Assembly (NCBI GenBank): GCA_043228905.1
Contig: JBHGNT010000008.1
Span: 6,944,001 to 7,008,000 of the forward strand
Length of the DNA: 64,000 nucleotides
Reading direction: 5' to 3'
Source: Azolla caroliniana
Lineage: Eukaryota > Plantae > Polypodiophyta
Below, piece after piece: positions 55,383-64,000 of the stretch; within the stretch, counting starts at the first letter, position 1; each line of letters starts with the position of its first letter. The notes beneath the pieces are model-generated. The model made no database searches. It was not told the origin of the DNA and worked only from the letters and a program-made list of their open reading frames with translations. The position numbers were made by a program, and so were the translations under genes.

Positions 55383-58300
55383 TCACCTCAAGGTCACATT
55401 CAACTTGGTTTGCACATCTTGTCTCACTTGATCCTGAATATAATTGATTATACCATGAAAAAAAACATTAGCAAGCCAAAGATTTACATTGTAAAATGTA
55501 TATACAACTATAATGGAGCTGACCTGTAGTTGATTGATTTCATCATCAGTCAGCGATCGCTCCATGGAACGATACGCAATCCGGAAACAGTTACTTGTTA
55601 AGCCTTTCTTGTTAGTAAATTCATCTATCAGCTTTACCTATATATTGAAAAATAAAAAAAGAGTATCCAGGCTTTATGAAGGATGGTCATAATTGCTGAT
55701 AGAAAAAATGCTAGAACTATGTATTCTTTAAGATTTTTACCTCTTCTGCCAAGTCTCCAGCAATGTCACGTACAATTTCACACAGATTATTCTCGGTAAA
55801 TGACTCACTAACCCAGAAACTGATGTCCTTGTAACAAGGAGGAAACTGGAGGGGAATGAAAGTGAATTAAGGCTCATTTTTTAGCTTCGGAAATTATTTG
55901 ACAATATACTATAATTAAAGAACTTGTTTAAAGGGATAATAGCAGCAAACATTATATCTCCTTATAGCGCAAATGAACTGCTCTGCTCATATTACAGGTC
56001 TGCTCTTGCTGATAATCGACTAAATCTTAAAATAGGGAAAAACGCAATAAATACCCCCAAATGATTGTATTTACCAGACTACCCCAAAGTTTTCTAAAAG
56101 TAACCAGAATACTTTTCTCTAGTACAAACTACAGAGGGTTATTCTGGTGACTTTTGAAAAATGAAGGGTATTTTGTTGTTTTTCCCTTTAAAATATAAAT
56201 TGAAACAACAGTATAAGATAAAGTGTACCTTTGAAAAAGATTTAAATTTAATCCCCAGCTGTCCTGCGGTAAACTGATCAAGGATAATAAAAATGTCAAA
56301 TGTAAATCCGTTAATCCAGTCTACCAGTCCAGATGGTATCTATAAAATGCCATATACATGCTTTTATCTTTGAATATGTTTCGAGTCTGAAGACAGATAT
56401 CATAACCTACTTACACGTATTTCATTGCAATCATTTTTTGCAAGTTTTCAGCTTACATTGATATTTACATATAGTGAATGCATTACAAAAGAAATGTGGG
56501 AGAAATCATGAATGCTACTCCATACCTGAGAGAGAAACCGTGGATCGCTCGACCAAAATAGCCGGATATCAGGAATATCAAAGAGAACCATGGCAAGCCT
56601 CTCAAGTCCTAGGCCAAATGCCCATGAAACTGTTCCACCTCTTCCATTGTTTTCTAGAATTGCTGGCTCTGTTACCCCACATCCTAGAACCTCCAACCAC
56701 CGACCCTGATTGCATGGTCTAAGAGAATGAATATGAGTTTCACTCTTTAACATGCACAGTTGTAATCTTCATTAGATTTCATTGGCAATTATGATTTCAT
56801 TTCAAGAATTTAATACATCTTTTTTTATTCTATCTGAAGGACTTGAAATAAGTAGGAAGCTCAGCTGAATTGATTTTACTGCAGATTTAATTCAGTTTCT
56901 ATAACAATATCTATTCTTTCAAAGAGTGTAAGCGAATCACTGAGAATGTTAGACCAATTGTAGGTCAAACTAGGCTATGTCTGTAACACAAGATATGTTG
57001 TAATGAGCAGAAACCAAGAAACTGAGATTAAAGAGAACACTCAAAGAAGAGAACAAAGAAAAAAGGAAACTGAAAGAAGCATAGAAAATCAGCAATAAAC
57101 ATGCACATGATGATATTCACATACACAAGCTATGAGTACAAAAGGCTGTCAATAATCAATTTCATTCGTCATAACATAGACAAAAGGTATTTCATTCCTT
57201 CCCAAGTCATTAATATTCAAGCCTGATANNNNNNNNNNNNNNNNNNNNNNNNNNNNNNNNNNNNNNNNNNNNNNNNNNNNNNNNNNNNNNNNNNNNNNNN
57301 NNNNNNNNNNNNNNNNNNNNNNNNNNNNATGAAACACTGGATAATGTGTAGAATCTATGGCGTCTCTTCGGTACACATCGCCAGTAATAAGAAAATGGGT
57401 GAAGCCATCCCTCAACGTCTGTGCCTGATGTGCACTTGTATGGGTTCTCAAAACAGTATCAGAATTTATATAATATGTGTCATTATAGCTTCGGCTAACG
57501 TGGCCAGGAGGTACCAACACATCGTCAAAATTCTATATTATAGAAGCAGGAAGTACACATTAGGAAAAGGAGAAAATCTAAGAACAATTTTTATTTAAAT
57601 CAAGATGGAAATTTATAGCTTACAGATTTAATAGAGACGATAGGGCTAATGTCATCAAACTTCTGGTACATCCCAGGACACCTTTCGTCAAAATATTTGT
57701 ATATCTCATTCTTCAAGATTCCTAGAGGATGATCAGCCCTTCTATGCAAATGTAGTCCTATCTTTGAAAAAACCGTGTCAGGTACATTGTTTGTTGGATC
57801 ATCTTTCTTCACGACATCTGTTTCCAAAATGTAGCGAATTAGATATGAACAACAATATATATAAATAGATCTCTCATCCCATAGATATAATATAGATCTA
57901 TCATCACAAGTGCTACCTTTGAATAGGACAAAGCAACTTTACCATTGTACACATTATTATTTTAGTTACTTTGGGGTAGCAAAAAGCTGAGCTTTGTGTT
58001 TAATTGGTGACGTTCTTATATTTCCAATGGTAATAGAAAGCTATGGGCAAATATAAACTTTCTTATTCACATTTTTCTTCCTCTCTACAGACCCATGAAG
58101 TAAATACAAAGCATCCTAAACCACTAAAGATCTAAAATAAACTAACGTCAAGATTATTAAAGAAATAAATAACCTGATGTAAATCAGGACCAACGCTATT
58201 AAATAAATGGTAAATTATAATGTCAGCTACCAAAAAGACCGAATGCAACGGCACATTTATAAATTGAAAGAGACGTTGCATGTTCCTCAAATAGGGTGTT

Positions 58301-60282
58301 ATGATTCTCCTATGTTACATATACACATGTGAGTATGTAAATGTAAATGTGGAGGAGGACATGAACATGCACCAGAAGCATGGTGCCACGTGTTTACGAT
58401 CATCAGTAGTTTCTGATTTTAAGACTCAGAGAGAAAGAATGAGAATGTATCAGAGGAGATGTGATAAACATAACCATACTCAAGCCTATCATGTGATCCA
58501 GATGTTTCATATAAAATGAGACACATAACACCATCATGCAACATTCAAAAGAATGCACTCATTTTAGACAAAAATGAGCACATTTTTTGCAGATTTCAAA
58601 AGAATATCCAGCTTATTATAGATGATCAATGTGGCTCCATTAGTCAATTACTATCATCTAAATTAAATGTTCCCAAGTCTCTTTGATCGATCTAAAGGGT
58701 TGCATGAGAATGATGTCTCTAAAATATTCAGCTTTATGATATAGCCAATGCAGCTATGCAAGAACATGTGATCATCGTTTAAATCGTCCAAGCTTGGATT
58801 CAATTTGAAGAATTGCAGAGAGAATACAACCTTCAACAAATGCTTGCATTGATATGGTGAGAATTTTCAGTTTTATAATATGTGCTTGCATTGATATGGC
58901 AACAATATTAATCTTTACCATGCATGCTTGCACTAATATTGCAATGGTATTAAGCTTTACAATATAACCGAACTGCTTATGCTAGCAAATATGACAATGT
59001 CACTTTTTTGCTACTTTCAATTCAATCAAAGGATTGCTGAGTGAAAAATCTACAGATGCTTCCACTGACATGGCACCATGAAATTCATTTATATTTATCT
59101 CTGCGTACCGGTTCCCTCTACATAAGAATTATTTTTTGAGCATATCCAAAACAATTAGGACTCGATGTGATATTTCTCCTTCTCATGCAACAATGCCTTT
59201 TTTGGCAACAATAATATTCAGCTTTATGATATCCAATGCATCTATGCTCAGACCTATCACATCACTTATAATTCCCAAACTTTCAACTAAACCCAAAGAT
59301 TGAGGTGAGAATGCAGACCTTTTGTACCTTATATAGATGCTTCCATTGATATCACGTCAGTATTCAGCTTTATGATATGATATGGCAACAATATTCAGCT
59401 TTATGGTATATGCTTCCATTGATATGGCAACAATATTCAGCTTTATGATAAATGTTTACATCAATATAACAACCAACTTTAAGATATGAATGTATACATA
59501 TATAATACAAATATATATATATATGGAACCAATGCATTTATGCTAGTAATTACCATCAAAATCACTTAAATTTTCACAACTTTGAGTTCAGTACAAGGCA
59601 TGGCAATGAGTATGTATGCATACCATTTCATTGATATGGCAACAATATTCAGCTTCATGGTGTATAACCAATGTGTGTATACTAGCAAATACAATTGAAA
59701 TCATTTAAAGGTTTTCACAACTTTGGTTTAATTAAAAATTTGAGAAAAGAACAAGAGCCTTTTTCCACCTTCATGATACACAGCCAATGCATATATGCTT
59801 TCAAATAGTTACCACAGTAGGGCTAGCAGGATGTCACTATTCATGACAAAATATTCATCTTTCATGACAAAATATTCATCTTTTATGAAATATATATGGC
59901 CAAGGATATTATGCTAGCAATGAAGTTAACAAAAACCACTTCATAAAAAAACCAATTCACACAAATTTCAATGGAGCATAAAGGGATCATGGTTACCTTC
60001 TTTCAAGATTTGTTCAATGCCGCCTCCTGCTGAAACTCGAGCAACACACGAAATAGAAGAAGAAGAAGAAGAAGAAGAAGAGGATCTTCTCTGTAGTGGG
60101 CTATTATATCTCCTTGAAGTAGTTATGGAGAGTATTTGTGGAGTGATGAAGAGTGTGGGTAGCAGAGTATGAGGAAACAGGGGAGATGGAATGAAACTAG
60201 TAGCGGTGGTACTAGAGGCGACAGTAGTGGTAGTTCTGGAGAAGAAGAGGAGACAAGATGAGTGAGTGAGAAGGGAAGCCAT
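55383..60282 (-). CDS. Organellar (chloroplast/mitochondrial) monomeric phenylalanine--tRNA ligase; exons 60282-59997, 57817-57624, 57532-(57329, gap), 56705-56526, 56273-56229, 55845-55741, 55637-55524, 55433-55383
   Basis: Ser/Thr-rich transit peptide; motifs [90 protein letters not shown]; FDX-ACB domain [11 protein letters not shown]...[14 protein letters not shown]. Visible introns are GT-AG and in frame. Confidence 0.96.
57229..57328. other. Assembly gap (100 N)
   Basis: Run of n. Confidence 1.
58720..59900. repeat. Degenerate dispersed/tandem repeats in PheRS intron 1
   Basis: Recurrent TTGATATGGCAACAATATTCAGCTTTATGAT and CCAATGCA.CTATGC motifs. Confidence 0.7.
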
Positions 60283-60413
60283 GGATAACAACACAAAATG
60301 GGACCTATTATTTCCTGAGTCTTCTCTCTCTCTCTCTCTCTCTATGCCTATCTATCTAAGACTGCTACTATGCATATACACACAGGGAGGGGGGTTTAGA
60401 ATCAGGAATTGTT

Positions 60414-60709
60414 TAGGAATCGGCAACGGTTCGGTGTTGGCTTAACCGGTTTGTCCTTGTCCAAACCTGAACCTAGCTGGTTCCTAAACCGGTTTAGGCT
60501 CAAACCACTTATTCCTATACCAGTTTAGTCAAGCCGATTAAGCCTTACCGGCGGGCTTGGTAACCGTTTAGGCTTTAACCGGGACTGCTCAAACCGGCTA
60601 AGGAAGCTCAAGCCTAAATTGAACCGAACTGAACTGCCAAATCGCCAAACCGTTTAAAAATGGTTTGACGATTCGGTTTAGGCTTGTGTCAAGTTGTTGT
60701 CGATTCCTA
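60414..60709. mobile_element. hAT-like MITE ~130 bp upstream of the PheRS start codon
   Basis: TIR TAGGAATCGGCAAC...GTTGTCGATTCCTA (13/14); AACCGG repeats; related to 4254-4970. No clear TSD. Confidence 0.75.
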
Positions 60710-61310
60710 GTTTAGATGCATCTTTACTCAGTCGGGTCAAGACTCTGGTCTCCCTTGATGCGGAGCTTTTGTTTTTTTGCTTGTGTTTTTCTCAGACATG
60801 ATGTTCGGACCATGGATGAATGTGTCGCTTTCTCATTCACTAACACCCCCCCTCTGTATATAGAAAGAATTGCCCCCTTGTCCATTGTTGATGTTGTGTT
60901 ATGTTGTCGGTCCTTATTAGAATTGGGTTAGACATCATGTCTGAACCAAAGCTTATCTCTTATAATGTTGGACTCTTTGTAAATCTGCCCAAGGAGATGA
61001 ATGTATTGCCCATATGTGGCTCAACAACATTGGTCGTAAGAAAAATGATTCCAATCAAAACCAAAGCCAAGTTATCGAATATTTGATTCTCATGATTTTA
61101 TGAATGAAATAACATGTATAACTCCACTCTGCATTAATCATATTGTAGCATTATTACAAAATCATGATCTTATCAATGCATTATGACATGGATAACTCTA
61201 CTTTGTATGAATCACATTGTAGTAGCATTATGATGACATTTAGAATATCGTACAATTAACCCCTAAGATATTCCCAACATAGAACCATCTAGGTTTAATG
61301 AGTATGTACA

Positions 61311-61921
61311 TAGCAATGGGTCCGGTTCAGTTTCAGTTCGGTTCAGTTTCTTGGCCTTGAAACCAAACCATTTATTTATAATAAAAACCAAACCAAACCA
61401 AACCAGTTTATCATAAATCAAAACCAAACCAAATCATTTTTTTGTGATATTGATTATCATACATGTTATGAATCTATATCAGAAAATCATCATAAATTTG
61501 GTCATCATACTTATCATAAATTTAGTTATCACACTTATTATAAATTTGGTCATCATACATGTCATAAATTTAGTCATCATACATATTATAATTTTAGTTA
61601 TCATACTTATCATAAATTTGATAATTATACACCAAAAGGACACTCTACTTATAATGTATATAAAATTTAATGAGTTAGAGCCTAGAGGTTTAAAATTAAA
61701 AGTTGAAAGTTGGCTTAGAGGTGAAAATTTAGGAATGTTTTTTAATCGGTAAACCTTTAAACCAAACCGAAACCGCTAAACCATGAAATTCAAAACCAAA
61801 CCAAACCGGATCATGACATTTGAAACCAAACCAAACGGTTTATTTATTTTTGAACCAATAAACCATTAAGCCACGGTTTAACGGTTCAGTTCGGTTCGAG
61901 CTGAAATCGGGCCCATTGCTA
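61311..61921. mobile_element. hAT-type MITE (family C) with internal ~24-bp tandem array
   Basis: TIR TAGCAATGGGTCCG...CGGGCCCATTGCTA; perfect 8-bp TSD TATGTACA; internal ATCATAAATTTGGTCATCATACTT repeats (~61480-61625). Confidence 0.93.
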
Positions 61922-62739
61922 TATGTACATCCATAAAATGTCATAGTTATGGGATAGATTTGAACCCATATCTTTTTGGACGATATTTTTAGACTTGACC
62001 ATTAAGAAATATCATATGATTTATAATAATTTTATATAGATAAACTAAAGTATACTGTATATGTATATGTAATTATTATCAATGGTGTGCTTGTGTAGAC
62101 TTAAAGAGGCAATCATGCATTTGTCAAAACTATGTTATATATCCATATGCTCTAATATCAATGAACCATTCAAGCTCAACACCAATCTTCAATGTATCCT
62201 TGTATATATATTGTTCTTGTAAATACATTGCCATTATTCTCTTATTTCCCTCTTTTTATTGTATTATTGTATTTGGTCTTCTTCTCGACTACAATCCTAC
62301 ATTATTCTCTTTTTCCCCTCTTCATATTCTCTTTTAGGTTCGATTTTTTTCAACTATAGCAATGACATTAGGAAGGCCATTGTGTGCTAGGGATTGTGAA
62401 GAAAGGGGTCAATATTGTTGATGATTTACATACAAGCAAACATTGGTCTTAGAGTATAAGGGACAAGTGTGACGCTTTGAAAAGAGGCAAAAGAGGAGAG
62501 AGACAATTGAAAATAGTTTGAAAAAGCACAAATATGGTAAAAGCTATAAAAGGACTATTCTATAAGTCTTTAAGCTTCCTCCCGAGCTAGAGCTTAAGCC
62601 TCTCCAAATCCTCCCCTCTTTAAGTTATAATAAATTAACCTTAATCTCATAAGACCCTAAACTTAAGCTTCCAAATTGACACAACTCACTATAATCAATT
62701 GTTGTATGTTGGAGTTGTTACAGATTTGGTTCACAAAAG

Positions 62740-64000
62740 TAGGAAACGAGTGTGGAACCAAATTTAACCTAAGGAAATAAAGGAAATGAAGATTGCATTA
62801 ATGAAGCCACTTGACATTATGGAAATACATAATGCACTTAGAGCTTTAAGCCTTATAACTTGTTCAAGGGAGGATGGAATTACTCTACGTATTTTCCTCA
62901 AATATTGGGAATATATTGGAGAAGACTTAACGAAATCCTATCAAATAAATTTTTATACTTGATGTATGCCTAGTAATATGGTAGTTGGATTGATTTATTT
63001 TAATACCTAACACTGAGGATATATAGGATGATATCAAGAAATGGAGACTAATAACTTTATTTAATACAATATATATAAAAAATTGCAAAAGCATTATCAC
63101 TGAAATTGTAGCCTTTATTACATGATTTCATTCATGTCGCGCAAACATGTTTCATTCATGAAAGAAGTATTATGGATAATCTTTTCTTTTTTGGGAGGTT
63201 ATTGCCTTGGTCGATAATAGAAAGAGGATTTCACTATTTTGTTTTTGGATTATAAAAATGCCTATGATTGAGTTGATTGGGATTTCCTTCATGGTACTCT
63301 TTCAAGGGCAAAGGTTTGTCGTTCCACGATGTTAAGTCGTTCTATTGGGGAGGATTAAGAATTGTTGATCCATTACAACAATCAAAACCAATGCTTATGA
63401 AATTGGTAAAATCACCTAACAAAATCCACAAACCCACAAGTGATTATTGATAATTGTGTTTTAAACATTTCACGAATCTTTTTGGGCAAGACTGTACTCT
63501 GAATGATGACATAACACACGTGTGATCGATGTTATTTAACTCAGTAAATGCGAGCGGTGGGCAACATGTCATGATTGCATTATAGTAGGATATAAAGGAA
63601 GAGGAGGTGGAATGTGTATTGTCACATCTTGCAATTGATAAATGTCTAGGTTGGGATGGCATTATGAATGAGTTTTTAAAGCCTTTGTATCCTAACAATT
63701 ATATTTTAAGAAGCATGGAGTTCTGGTAAAATGCCTGATTCATGGAAAATTAGTCTTGTTAAACTTATACCAAAAGTTGCATTTCTTATGTCATTTGCTC
63801 AGTGGAGACCAATATCATGAGTGGGTGGGATGTATAAGATTTTTGCCAAAGTAATTGCAAATAGACTTCAAAAGCTATTGTCGTCTATGGTCCATCCAAT
63901 GCAATATGGGTTTATTGAGGGAAGGGACATCCTGCATAATATTTTGAATGTGCAAATGGCAGTGGATTATGCAAAGAAATCCAAACAACAAATTGTAATG
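62740..64000 (+). mobile_element. Decayed L1-type LINE RT fragments (two successive pieces)
   Basis: GEDGI, WRLITLFN, RSIMDN and AYD*VDWDFL (62860-63300); then WRPIS..YKIFAKVIANRLQ..QYGFIEGRDILHNI (63800-64000). Confidence 0.75.

Noticed and set aside
61444-61752. Ile-rich 102-aa ORF or CRISPR-like array
   Set aside because: It is the translation of a 24-bp tandem repeat inside a MITE, with no unique spacers and a eukaryotic context.
61945-62010. Further tRNA-like head on the minus strand (TAATGGTCAAG...GGGTTCAAATC)
   Set aside because: Too degenerate to distinguish from a chance A/B-box match without a covariance-model score.

Overview
This is eukaryotic, AT-rich, transposon-dense plant nuclear DNA. 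The style of the PLS-class PPR gene, the RTE/RTEX-like LINEs and the long introns suggest a fern or other non-seed vascular plant (inference only). Five host loci can be reconstructed. (1) A GT14 beta-glucuronosyltransferase (GlcAT14-like; minus, 4 exons). (2) A PLATZ transcription factor (minus, 3 coding exons). (3) A YAE1-like gene (plus, 3 coding exons). (4) A PLS-type PPR gene whose N-terminal frame is broken (minus). (5) An organellar phenylalanyl-tRNA synthetase (minus), with some exons lost in an N-gap. The intergenic space holds a decayed Ty3/gypsy pol, several hAT-type MITEs (most with 8-bp TSDs), two solo LTRs with 5-bp TSDs, L1 fragments and a nest of RTE-like LINEs at 37-45 kb. The most unusual structure is a near full-length LINE at about 39.1-44.3 kb. 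Its ORF1, endonuclease, RT and zinc finger appear to derive from one fused reading frame with an extra C-terminal tail. It is bracketed by direct repeats of a tRNA-like (A/B-box) head and abuts two more tRNA-like heads on the opposite strand. All coordinates and alignments were read by eye; no database searches were run.
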